Shown piece after piece: positions 25,074 through 37,800 of a DNA stretch of 64,000 nt (its first letter is position 1; the number at the start of each line of letters is the position of its first letter). Origin of the DNA: Macrostomum hystrix (lineage: Eukaryota; Animalia; Platyhelminthes); assembly GCA_950097015.1 (NCBI GenBank), contig CATNEN010000033.1:930001-994000 (forward strand). The letters are read 5' to 3'. Made by a program: the position numbers and the translations under genes. Below the pieces are notes generated by a model. The model was not told the DNA's origin. It saw only the letters and a program-made list of their open reading frames with translations, and did not search any database.

Positions 25074-26688
25074 TAGCATTTTGCAGTCTAGTTTGGACAG
25101 CGGGCTTTTAAATTGGACGCAGGCCGCGGTCAGCCGCAGCAGCCTGACTGCAGTCTATGGCCCAACCTGACACGCAGGCGCGGGATTTCAAATTGGACAG
25201 CGGGCAGCAATTTGGATACAGTGAGCAGCAAAGTATACTCGTAGCAGCTGCTTGTATTTTAAACGAGTGACTAGGATATCCAATGCAGAACAATTTCAAA
25301 ACAGTATAGAAAACAGTAACCGTAACTCTAGTTCAAAACAGTAACGGTATAGTTCACATCAGTTTGCTGCGAGAAAATGTCTAAGATTACGCATCAATAG
25401 CAGCTCCGGCCAAGCAGCGCGGAATGTAGCGCAAAGTGTGCTGATACCACGCAGCGCACTTCTGCTTCGTGATGCTGTCAACCGCTGCTTCCCCGCATCT
25501 CTGCAGCACCATCACTCTCCACTCCCTGTCAGTTAGTCCTGGAGGTTTAAATGCCAGTTCTTGCTGCACAACTGGTTCAGCCAACTGTTGCTTCACTTGC
25601 GCTTTGAAAGCGCTGTGAGCCAGTTCAACCGGATTGAGAAATGGCGAGTAGGGCGACATGACCAGAGTGCTGAAGCGGTGCCGGTGCTCCTCCGGAATCT
25701 GCAGTCCGAGGTGAAATCGTGCACCATCCATTACGATCACGCAGTGCTGCTGGTCCTGCAGTTGCTGGGAAATTGCTTCGCAGACTTGGCCCAAAAGTAC
25801 CTGAACGTTTTCCCTATTCACAGTACCGGCTTGCATGCTGTAGGCCACCAGGCCGAACGACGGTGATGTCGCCAGGATCACGTTCAGCGCTGGACTTCTC
25901 TGAGTGTGAACTTCACGATGAACCCGTTCACCAGGCACGCTTCTGCCAAAACTGCGACGAGTCCACACTCCGAATCCAGTTTCGTCCAGGTGTACGAGCT
26001 CAGTGAACGGAGGCAGGTTGACGAGCCAGTTGGCAAATTCATGCCTCTTCTCCCTGTTCTCTTCAGAATTTCGAGCAGCTGGAACATCTGCTTCCCTTGA
26101 CGGACACTTCATGGTGAACAGCTGGCCATCAAGCGCCCGCGAAATGGAAGAAATGTCAACGGTTGCGAGATCGCCATGAAATTCAGCAAGCAAGCGCACA
26201 CGCATTTGGTCCAAGGTCAGGAAGGGATTATCCTGAACAATGGACACCAGGAAATCCCTCATCGGGGCAGTGAGCTTCCGCGCTGCTTTGCTCCACCTCT
26301 TGGCAAGGCGTATCGCCTGCCACCATTACGAAATGTGTTCCATATGTTGTACGCTGTGCTTCGCTTTACTCCGAACATTCGGACAATGTCATCAGGATTC
26401 TCACCACGTTGCCAGGCCTGGATCACGAGATCTCGCTTCTCTCTGGTGATCGTAGCGTAGTGTCCACGCTGCATGCTAGCGCCTCGCTGTGTCCAAACTT
26501 TTTATTTTCTCGTCAGGGACCCTGTAGTTTGTTGTTGTTGTTGTGTCCAAATTGCTGCCCGCTGTCCAATTTGAAATCCCGCGCCTGCGTGTCAGGTTGG
26601 GCCATAGACTGCAGTCAGGCTGCTGCGGCTGACCGCGGCCTGCGTCCAATTTAAAAGCCCGCTGTCCAAACTAGACTGCAAAATGCTA
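25074..26688 (-). mobile_element. Tc1/mariner-IS630 superfamily DNA transposon, ~1.6 kb
   Basis: Near-perfect ~146-bp TIRs (25074-~25219 and ~26543-26688), flanking TA at both ends, transposase on the minus strand. Confidence 0.95.
25387..26474 (-). pseudogene. DD33E transposase split by a 1-nt frameshift between the HTH and the catalytic region
   Basis: ORF 26474-26259 encodes the HTH (DIVRMFGVKRSTAYNIW...GG). It shifts near 26280 into RKLTAPMRDF and continues through 26262-25387 with HLDETGF, VMDGARFH and PYSPFLNPVE. Confidence 0.85.
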
Positions 26689-27722
26689 TAATATGTTTTG
26701 TATGAGGCTTGGCCATAGAACAATGCATTTAGGTGAGTCTTGTACTTTCCTCGCCATAATTAGTCTCGTTTCCCGTCCTGATTGGTTAAGTAAGTCCGTG
26801 ACGTTGTAAACTAGATACAAAGAAATAGTGGTATCGGCTTCCATAACAAATATGTTACACAATTTCGTATTCAGAATTATTGTGGGTGTTTGGCCCCAAA
26901 TGTAAAATATCGTGAGGTTATAAAATCAAAGTTTAACATTGACTTACTTTAGTGGACTTTCTTCAGTTTTCTCGCGCCGCTACACCCGGTTGATTCTGCT
27001 GTTTAACCAACAGAAATTCTATCTGGGTGTCAGCAGGTTGCAGTATACTTATAAATAATTAAAAACAAAGCAGAAATATGAGATACGAGATGTGACATCA
27101 AACAAATTAAAAACAAAAAGGAGAAATTCCTTTAAATAACAGCTGAGGTAATAAAGCATAAACTAATGTATGCATTTCTCTCTAATGATATTTTATTATT
27201 AAAAAACCCTAAAAACACTGAAGACCAGGCTTTCAGAAGACCAGCTGAGGGTTACAAATGAATTATCCAGACCCGATTATTATATTAAATGCATTTTTAG
27301 ATTATCAAAACATAAAAATGCAAGCTTCAACCTATTATAGTATGGAATGCACTGGCATTCTAGCTCGTAATGCATTATGGAATACAATCAGGTACTTTAT
27401 TACTATTAAAAGTAATTCAGTTTTCTCAAACAGGTTCAAGTCAGGAAAACAACTCTACTAAATTTATAATTACTCTACTGAACTCTAAATACAGAATACT
27501 TACAAAACTATGTTATCAGGTGTGTCTTTCACCAAAACAGATCACTTTAAACCGGATTTGAGAAAACACTGTATTGAACGACACGACAAAACAGAAAAAC
27601 AGATCGATTATTATTAAAAGGTCTTTAGTAAAACTAGCCTGACCAGAAGGCTAAAAACAAGTTATTAAAAGGCACTGCACAATGTCAGAAGTGCCAGTGT
27701 TCACAAACAGCCGTGGCGATGC

Positions 27723-30700
27723 TCACAAGTAGAACAGGCGGTCGCAGATGGCCTCTGCGGGCTCCACCCCAATGTTCTGGCCCACCATGTACACCAGCTT
27801 GTGGGCGTACTGGCAGGGCGCTGGCACTCGGATGGAGCCGGCCCAGTTGTAATAAAGATGGCAGCTGCGGAAGGTGAGCTGCTGAATCTCGTCCACGGGC
27901 ACATCACCATTGCACTCCACCACAATATAGTGCGTGGGCGTCACAGTGCCCTGAGTCACGTGCTGCGGCACCAGGAAGAAATCCATCATGTCCGGCCGCG
28001 TGATGGAATGGTCCAGCACGGTGCCTGCGGGCGGGGATGAGCGACTTTACCGATACTAGGGATCTGCGAGAACTGCCGCACTGGGATCTGGGAGGACTGC
28101 CGCACTGGAATCTGGCAGGACTGCCGCACTGGGATCTGGCAGGACTGCCGCACTGGGATCTGGGAGAACTGCCGCACTGGAATCTGGGAGAACTGCCGCA
28201 CTGGGATCTGGTAGAACTGCCGCACTGGGATCTGGGAGAACTGCCGCACTGGGATCTGGGAGAACTGCCGCACTGAAATCTGGGAGGACTGACGCACTGG
28301 GATCTGGGAGGACTGCCGCACTGGGATCTGGGAGAACTGCCGCACTGGGATCTGGCAGAACTGCCGCACTGAAATCTGGGAGGACTGACGCACTGAGATC
28401 TGGGAGGACTGCCGCACTGGGATCTGGGAGAACTGACGCACTGAGATCTGGGAGAACTGCCGCACTGAAATCTGGGAGGGCTGACGCACTGGGATCTGAG
28501 TGGACTGCGCAATGGGCGATCGGGGAAGAGCATGCGTTACTCAGAATAATGATGGAATGGAATGCCACGTAGATGGCATTCCATTCCTGACTGCTCAGGA
28601 CCTGACTGCTCAATCAGAAGTGCGGCTAGGCATGCCGTTTTGCTCACCTGGCGGAGGATTCGAGTAGGCGTTGCCCTGACGCAGGAAGAGGCGCTGATTG
28701 ATTCGCTTCTGGACCACCAGAAACACCAGCTTGGGCCTGTAGTTAGGGTCGATGCCCTTGGCCGCCTCGTAGATGGCTCGCACCTCCTGCTGCTGCACCT
28801 CTCCAACCTGTTTGTCTGAGACGCCGTCGCGAAACACGAAGATGACGTTGGGCGGAGCGCCGACGTTGTTCATGTAGCGGATGAGCTGGGCCTGCAAGAT
28901 GACGCGCATAGAGTCCAGAATCTCCTGGCCTTTGCGCTGGAAGGCCACCCGAGAGTACCAGCGGGTGCAGGCCTGGTCAGCTGAGGCCACAATGCCCGTC
29001 ACCGACTTGGTGCGCGCCTTGTCCGCGTGGTAGACATCGATGCCCACCATCTGCGGGAGCGGAATGCGCAACACATGCTACTCACAGTACTGAGGCATTC
29101 CTAACTGGCATGATGAGCGAGTTGGTGAGGGTCTGGGTGAGTTAGTGAGGGGCAGGGTGAGTTAGTAAGGGGCTGGGTGAGTTGATAAGGGGCTGGGTGA
29201 GTTGATAAGGGGCTGGGTGAGTTAATAAGGGGCTGGGTGAGTTGGTGAGTGAGTTGGTAAGGGGCTGGGTGAGTTAGTAAGGGGCTGGGTGAGTTGATAA
29301 GGGGCTGGGTGAGTTGATAAGGGGCTGGGTGAGTTAATAAGGGGCTGGGTGAGTTGGTGAGTGAGTTGGTAAGGGGCTGGGTGAGTTAATAAGGGGCTGG
29401 GTGAGTTGGTAAGGGGCTGGGTGAGTTAATAAGGGGCTGGGTGAGTTGGTGAGGGGCAGGGTGAGTTGGTGAGGGGCTGGGTGAGTTGAGTTAATCTAAG
29501 GACTCGTTCAGCTCACCATGAACCGCTCGTACGGAATGTCGATGCCCCAGAGGGCGCCTCCCAGCTTGACGTTGATCTGGGCAGCAACATTAACGGCCAC
29601 GCTGCCCATCTTCTTGGGATCGCCGATGGTCTTGGTCCACAGGCACTGGGTGGGCACCACTAGCTCAGTGCAGCAGAGCCTCTTGACCATGTTGTAGCGT
29701 TCCTCACGCTGCGAGGTGAACACGGTGCAGACCAGATTCAGGTCAGTGCTGAAGTTCTCTCTGATGGCCTTAGTGTAGTTTGTTGTCGAATCATTCTGCA
29801 GGGCCACCGTGATTGGCTGGGCGATGGTGATGCCCATGGCGCGGCACTTCTTCATCATTGTCTCGCAGAAGGAGCCGATGGTCCGCTCCTCCCTGGCGGG
29901 GTAGACCACCAGCCACTTGGACAGGCGGCCGTCAATCAGCACCCGATTGTCAGCCAGGGCCCTTTTAAACTCGCTGGTCTGGCCAACTGGCACCGGAGCG
30001 AACGGGCCGCGGCCGCCGCTGCCAAACAGGACCCGCTCGTTGACGAAGCGGCGGGCCGACACGGAGTCGGGCTCTTCAAGGAGGCGCAGGCCCCAGGCGT
30101 CCAGCAGTTTGCGGCACTCCGGTCGGTTGTTGATTGTCTGGACGAATTTGCGCAGCTCGTGAAGCCGGCGGTCCGGGGACAGCTGGAAAAGTTGGGTTTG
30201 AGCAGAGCTTGAGCACATTCTCAGGATGTGAAAATTCCCACATTTCCATTCACAGATCAGCGACTCACCTTCGTGAACTTGGCCAAATCGCGCATCAGGT
30301 GAAAGTTGCGCCGCATCTCATCAGTGAGTCCAGTGACATAGCACAGTTCAGGCACCAGACAGACCTGCCGCTGCTCCAGGGTCTTGCCATCTGTTCCTCG
30401 GACTGGCTTGCCACGGCTGATTAGCATAGGCTGCTGCGGATCCTTAATTTCGATGTTATAGGCCTGCTTGTAGTAGTCTAGGAAGGACATTTGCGTGCCA
30501 TTGCGGTCAAAGGTGTGCGTGCAGTCCATCGATGTTTCAATCTGGTCCACGCGCATGATCTTGTTGTTGTACCGGGTTACAACCGAGGTGCCCACAATGG
30601 CATCCGTCATGGCGTCGATGCGAGTGCCCAGCGACTGGAACAGGTCATAGACAGTCTGGGACCGCACGACCCGGTGACTGGACTCCACCATCAGGCGAAG

Positions 30701-32100
30701 GCCGCCGTCCACGTGGCTGACGGAGGTGATGTACCCAGGCCAGACCTGCGGGAATGCCGAGTTTCAGCTCACTTTGATTGGCTACTCAATATGCCAATAC
30801 GATAATTTAGCTCATAAAAAGTCTGGATGTATAGACTTACTGTCTTCCAACCACATGACAGGCCACTAAACACACACCCACATGGTTAGCAACTACCCAC
30901 ACACCCACATGGCTAGCACCTACCCACACACCCACATGGCTGGCACCTACCCACACACCCACATAGCTGGCACCAACCCACACACCCACATGGCTGGCAC
31001 CAACCCACACACCCACATGGCTGGCACCAACCCACACACCCACATGGCTGGCACCAACCCACACACCCACATGGCTGGCACCAACCCAAACACCCACATG
31101 TCTGGCTTGTACTCAAACGGCTGACCCAGTGATTTGAGCAGGACTTTGAGTTTGCGCCACTCACCTCCATCTGCTGGCCGGGAACTCTCTCGCTGGCGTG
31201 CGGATTGTAATAATGCCGGCGAACTTCGATGAGGTCCATCCGAGCCTGGATGGAGCGGAAGATTATGTTGTAGACGCTGGGCAGGCTGGACAAAGTGGCA
31301 GTGCCAACCAGTTGCAGCTGGATGGACACTCGCATGTTGCCGGAGGCAGCCTGGTACACGCCGCACTCCCTGGGCAGCGGCCTGTTGGTGTAGAGCGAGT
31401 TGCCCGAGGGCACGCGGCCTGGTACGCTCTGGAAGTCCGGGTCCTGAATGGACATGACAAGCCTGTCCCGCTGCATCCGGGAGTCCACGCTCGGTTTGAA
31501 AAGTATGCTGTACTGATACACCAGGCAGTCCGCGCCTTCCACTCGCAAGAAATTTGTGCCCAGTGTCAGGCGCTGGCCAGCCGAGCCCTGTTTGTCTGCC
31601 GGACCCACTCGCTCAACGCGAGGCGGCCGGGGTCGGCTAGGACGAGCGCCGGAGCCGCCAGCTGACGCCTGTGCTGAAGCGGAAGGAGAGACTGAAGAAG
31701 CCTGTTGCGTTGGAGCGCCCTGGATGGACATGCGGCTCATAGCCTCTGGCAGTGTGGCTGGTGGAGGAGCACCGCCGCGGCCGAAACCACGACCGAATGC
31801 AGCTGCTGCAGCTGATGGGCCAGTGGTGGTCGTCAATGCCGCTGAGTCTCCAGCACCGCTCGGCTGCTGAACAGCACCACGACCAAAAGAGGCCATGCCA
31901 CGCCCAAAAGCAGCCGGAACGGCAGACACAGGAGCGGCAGCTGCGCCAGCAGCAGCATCTTGAGGATCCGCCATAGATCTAGCTCTACCAACAGCTTGGG
32001 GCATGGCGGTAGAGGCGCCAGCACCTGCTGTAGCAGTGTCAGACTGTTGTGACAGGCCAATTATTAGGCCACGGCCCAGTTGGCCACGTCCAAAGCTCAT
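27723..32100 (-). CDS. piwi: Piwi-clade Argonaute, 927 aa, five coding exons
   Basis: Exons 32100-31165, 30745-30269, 30182-29517, 29050-28648 and 28024-27723 with canonical GT-AG sites and consistent phases (0,0,0,1); total 2784 nt. GRG-rich N-terminus, VWPGYITS, PAZ (VVTRYNNK, FLDYY, LVPELC), MID (RYNMVKR, PTQC, QINVKLGG), PIWI catalytic D-E-D-H (GIDVYH, GQEI, FRDGV, YAHKL) and C-terminus DRLFYL. Confidence 0.97.
28068..28500. repeat. 24-bp minisatellite in piwi intron 4 (CTGGGATCTGGGAGAACTGCCGCA)
   Basis: Tandem copies; explains ORFs 27904..28533, 27986..28489 and 28056..28613. Confidence 0.95.
29130..29490. repeat. ~20-bp minisatellite in piwi intron 3 (GGGGCTGGGTGAGTTGATAA)
   Basis: Tandem copies. 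Confidence 0.95.
30865..31105. repeat. 27-bp minisatellite in piwi intron 1 (ACCCACACACCCACATGGCTGGCACCA)
   Basis: About 8 tandem copies. Confidence 0.95.
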
Positions 32101-34278
32101 TTTAAACAACTGGCCTAATCAGTTGCGCAAATATGTTTTTCGATCTCTCAGTAGATTTGTTTCTTTTTAGCAAATGCTGATTTTGTTTGTAAGCCGCTTT
32201 ACTTTAATGGATGATAAGTTTATTGCTAGAAATGTGTGGGTGCACAGATATTAGCATGTTTAAGGTAGCAAAGACTTTATTGGTAATTTTATAGAGGAAA
32301 TACAAGTAAGATTTTCAAAACATGCATTAAATTCAAATTTGGGTAACTTTGTAAGTAGCCATAAAACAACAGATTGCTCTTATAGTTTCAATTATATTTA
32401 TAGTTAATAGAAGTGAACTGTAAAGCTAGCTAACTAAAATGACTATAATGATAAAAGTCATAAATTTAGATATAACAGAATAAAAATTGCAAACAACAAA
32501 TGAAAATTAAAACACAAATAGCAACAACTTGGCTTGATATATGATAAGGTAAGAGAAAAAACACATTTTATGCCTTATGGCAAATACAATAGCTATAATC
32601 ACTAGCTTTCTACTACAGACATGTCATCATTTACTTAGAGAAGTGCAGTTGCCTTAAGCTAGTCAGCGGAAAGTTGTACTACACACAATTAGCATTGTAC
32701 TTTTGAGTTAAAAAATATGCTGTTGTGAATAGCCATGAAAATCAAAATGGCTATTCATATAATATAAAACTGTTTTGTATTTTATATATTATTTGAACTT
32801 ATGGGTTAATGTAGGATATTATTTGTAGTTTCCAGCTTGGCACTACACACCAGAATACCTATTGCACACAGAATGTGTTGTATAGGAACCAAATTATGTG
32901 ACTTTTTAACCTATGCATCTGGTGCATGAGTTAAATAATTTAAAGTGGCTGGCTAAGACAAGGCTGACATGAAGTATCAGATTTTCAATTAATTCTGTCT
33001 CTACTCCCATTGCTTAAAATTCAAAAATTTCAATAACCAAATGTCAACACACATTCTTAAGACATTAACATTGCTCAGTGTTGGGCGCATTACTTAGTAC
33101 TAGTTTCCAAATTGGTAACAATCATTACTTTTTTGCATTGTCACTTTCTCCTGTTAGTATGTCTGGTAACAAAAATGATGGTTGCATTTTCATTTTCTTA
33201 TTGTAACAAGAATTATTTGTATTACTGTTACCTTACCATTTTTTCTATTGCTAATGTGTACTTACAGAATGTTTCTCTTAAATTTAAAATCAGTGGCACT
33301 CTAGTAATTTAGCTGTATAAAAAACATTTTTACTTGTTTATTTCTTTTTTATTTAAGAGTAAAACTACAAGTATAACCAGAAGTGTTACGACTTTTCTTT
33401 TCAATATTTGAACAGCACTAAAAGTAGGTTGAGTAGTAGAATTAGGAGTCAAACAGAAGAAAATTAAAAGATAAGATAGAAAGCTAAATAATGACATTAA
33501 TTAGTCAATGTCAAGTCAGAATCAAATCAACTAAATTCAAATCAGCTAGACCTATTTCATCAGGCCATCAGAATTACTTTACTTTTAGATTTCTGTCATT
33601 TTAACTGTTTCCATTTAAAGTGAGTACCATACCAAGTTAGCTTGAAGTTTAGTTAAACCAGACTTTCAAAAAAGTAGTAAATTGTTTTTTAAAAGTTCCC
33701 AAATAACTCTCAATTTTTTGTCTAGAAAAGTGGACAATGTTTGAAATTAAATTGTATGAATTATGACATGACAACAAACAAAGCTGCACATGTTTATAAT
33801 ATACTTTACCACTAAAGCATATTTATGGTCAAAGAAAGTATAAAACACAAAAAGTAATAAATAAAAGTAATGATTGTTACTATTTTTTGCTCTTCTGTTA
33901 CTCAATTTTTCTATTACCAAATGGTCAGTAATGATTGTTATATCCACTCCTGTTCCTTTTTGGTACTATGCCCAACCCAGACATTGCTCCATTTTTATCA
34001 GTCACCGTATAAATATATTTCTGTTTGGTAAATACATTAATAGCAATTTTGTTATTTGCATTGTTTCATTTTAATATCACATTATATCACGTGATTTTAT
34101 TCAACTTAAGCAACAAGCTAAAAAACAAAAATATTCATTCTACATTTTAACTAATTAAATTGAAACAATTTAACTAATTAGCAAACAAATAAGATAAACT
34201 GTACTGAATAAAGACTTTTTTAATTTAGATAAGCTAGGGCCTAATTCTAACTTTATTGAAGTGGGTCCTTTTATTTTA

Positions 34279-34825
34279 TAGGTAGTTGTTATTTGTCCGG
34301 TTAACCGGACAAATAGCCGTTTGATTATTCGTCCGGTTAACCGGTTAACAGTGACTTTGCTGTCAACCACTGATGTCAAAGTGGTGGTAATATTCATGTA
34401 GGCATTGTTTCTTAGAAATGTTTATCATATAAATCCATTGTTGAGTTAGCTGAGTCCCTGGCAAATTAAGAAACTAAAAGCTAACCTATCTAACTAAAAG
34501 GGCAATTGATCTATATGCTATCTATATATAATTTTAGGTTGCCGACAGACCAATGCCTGGATCAAGGAACAACTATGTCTTCGTTTATATATATATATCT
34601 TAATATATTGCCTCTTAATAGCCATAGCCAATAGCCATTTGATTATTCGTCCGGTTAAATTAAAACCAAAACTTTTCGGTGTTGACTATATCTCCTGAAT
34701 CAAAGTCATTGTTAACTGGTTAACCGGACGAATAATCAAACGGCTATTTGTCCGGTTAACCGGACGAATAATCAAACGGCTATTTGTCCAGTTAACCGGA
34801 CGAATAACCAAATTTTTATGACCTA
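34279..34825. mobile_element. Foldback/MITE-like element with palindromic subterminal repeats
   Basis: Left arm (~34285-34372) and right arm (~34700-34810) are inverted copies built from a 36-bp unit containing the 16-bp palindrome GTCCGGTTAACCGGAC. Termini TAGGT...ACCTA with a possible TTTTA duplication. Confidence 0.65.
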
Positions 34826-37800
34826 TTTTATACCCTAATGGTCAAACTTTTAGCTGAAGTTAAGCTTAAGAAATTGTTTAAAGCCAAAAAAGGCTTAGGC
34901 CAAATTTCTTTCATCAAAATGGGTGGAATCACAAGGCCCAAGAAAGATTTAAGCAAACTTTTACAAATGGCATAGAGCTAACACCGTGTCCCAAAACAAG
35001 TTAATGTTAACATGGTTTGATATATTATAACATTTTTAAGTAAAAAAGAAAGTTATTAAATAAAGTACTAAAATACTACATTTTTATAGATAGGCCAAAA
35101 GCTTGGGTTATGCAAGACTACAGCTGGCATATAGAAAGTAGCAATTTTCTATAAACAACTAGTGCACTATTGTATAGACAGCTTAATTCTAAATTATAGA
35201 CCAACAGTGAACAGTTATTAAAGAGCTGAATTAAATAAATAATACAGTGCAAACATATGCCAGGAACTGGGGCATAGGTCAGCTAAAGCGAATGCTAAAT
35301 AGATGAGTTAACAAGCAAACGAATATTGCAGGACAGAATAGCTAAATAAATTACATTCATAATGCTACTATAAAATAAATAATGCAAATAAAATGTGTAC
35401 AAGCCAAGTAATTTAGACATTATTTGTACAAGCAAATATCGTTCTTGGTATTGATAGTTTAGATTTTAGATTAATTATCGCTTTTAAATAAATTTGCTAA
35501 TATCCATGACCATGCCGAGCCGAAGCGGACGATATTAATAACGGCGCTAACAAATAAGTACAGGTTAAAGTGTTCGAAAAAAAATATTGAATGCAGCACT
35601 AACCAATAATATCTTACTTATTATAACAAAACATTATTAGACAATTTAAATATTTAATCAATATTTTTTAAAGATTGTATATTTCCTCGTTTTAAATTAT
35701 AATATGAAATTCTTGATTGACCGTCAAGGCAACGTTTAACAAAAGGCTCTTCGCTTCTTCTTAAAATTCAGAGCACGAATTAAAAAAATCTACCGATTGC
35801 ATATGCTTGAGAATAGCCTTGAATTGAGAATATCGAGCGTTACCGAGCGTTTCGATGATGAAAATGAAGAATATTCTATACCGAAGTAGCGAAATAGTTG
35901 AAATAGCGATTACTGACAAATGTTTCGCTTTTTTAATGATCTGGCGAAATTTTTCCCTTTGTGGTGCATCTGTTCAATACTACTTCTCGCGATAATTCAA
36001 ATTAGGGCTATTCTGCCTTTAGTAAAAAAGGTAAAACCTATTTTCATAATTTACTTCTCATTAATATCGGACAATGCAAAACTCGTAGCTTAGCATACCT
36101 TAGATCAATATCTGTCGTACCTTACACCAATACCTAAGATCAATAAGAGCTGTTATTTTTTATTGCCTTCGTTTCAATCGTTTTTATGGCTTATATACAT
36201 TTAATTATATAAGCCATAGGTGTAGGCCATGCGAACTCCTAAAAATGAAAAATTTTAGCCAGTTTATCTTAGCAAGAAGCTTTTTGCAATAAAATGCTGG
36301 CACATGTACAGAGATTCTTTCGTACTTTCCGTCGACCACTTTATCAGCTATTGCTGGGGTTAGCCTATTGAATGTATGAAGGTATAATAATAATAATAAT
36401 AGTTACGTCCCACGCCGACCACGAAAAGTGGCGAAGAGGGGGGAGCGTCAAATCTCGCGCTTCAGTGCCAGGTCTCTGATGTGCTTCACGCCTGCCGCCT
36501 GGCTGGGTGCTCGGGCGTCTTCAAAAAGTCGGTCGATTTAGCGGGCTGATCGTCCCTGGCCGCGCCTGCGCGGTCCCTGCGAGGTCCACAGCAGGACATC
36601 CTGCAGCGGCTCTGGGCAGTATGCTTCGGCGCGGATGACATGCCCGGCCAGCCGCAGGCTGACTCAGCAGGACAGAAGGCCGCGTTAGGCGCGCACGCTG
36701 GTAGAGGGACTTGGTTGTCTCGCTGCCAGGGCCGCGGCGGGCACCGAAAGCGGCGCGAACTAGGGCCGCGTGTGCCGCGTCGAGCTGCGCCTCGAGCACC
36801 CCGGTCATCGTCCAGGTCTCAGCATTGTACAACAGGGCGGTCTCGACAACCGCCTGGAACAGCTGGGACCTGGCGCCGTTCGACAGGGCCTCGGAGAGCA
36901 GCACCGCCCACACAGAACGATAGGCGGCACAGGCCTTGCCGCGTCGTCTCGCCAGGTCGTCGCCCACGTCAGGCACCAGTCCGCCAAGATAGACGAACTG
37001 ACGGCACTTCGGGAGCACGGTCCCGGGGCCGTTACCGTCTCTTAGTCGAATCTCGGCAGGTAGGTTTTGCGGCAGGCCGGCCGGAACCCATTCTGCTCGT
37101 ACCGCAGAAACGAGTCCAGCACAGGCTGTAACCGTGCTAACAGCACCCGGTTGAACAGCTTCGCGGTACAGGACATAAGCGAGATCCCGCGATGCTCCTC
37201 CTTCCGCGTAGTGCCCGGCTTCTTCGGGATGCCGACGATGGTTGCCTGGGTCCACTCGCGGGGCGCAGGGCCTCCAGCCAGGTTCACAACGTTCACAACG
37301 GTCCAGACGACCCTGTTCTGCCGTTCAGGCCCGACAGAGGTGACAGCCCGGATCGCGTCGTCAACAGCGGCTTTCTGTCGACTTGCGTAGGCGTCTGCCA
37401 GGGCCTTCTCGGCATCGGATGTCGGTCGCCTGGCTCGCCGCAGATGTTCGACAGTGCGGCGGGCCTCACGGACCTCCGGGTCGCTCGCCCAAACTGGAAG
37501 TTGCCGTGACGCGGGTTCCATAAGCGGCAGAGTCTTGGCAGCGGCAGTGGCGATGGCTGAGTTGATTGTGCTGTAGTCCGGCGCCTGTGCTGATCCCAGA
37601 GCGGTCGCAAAGGCGTACGCAAACCTGCTGCGGGTGCCTGGGTCTTGCAAGGCGCGAAAGTACCTTCTTCTAGGGCGTTTTGGTGGACGGTACAGCGGAT
37701 CAGAGAGCCTCAGGTCGCAGTAGAACAGGCGATGGTCGGACCGGACAGCCAAGGGTTTCATTGTGTCGCAGTTCTGCAGCCGGCTGCGTTCGCGATGGCG

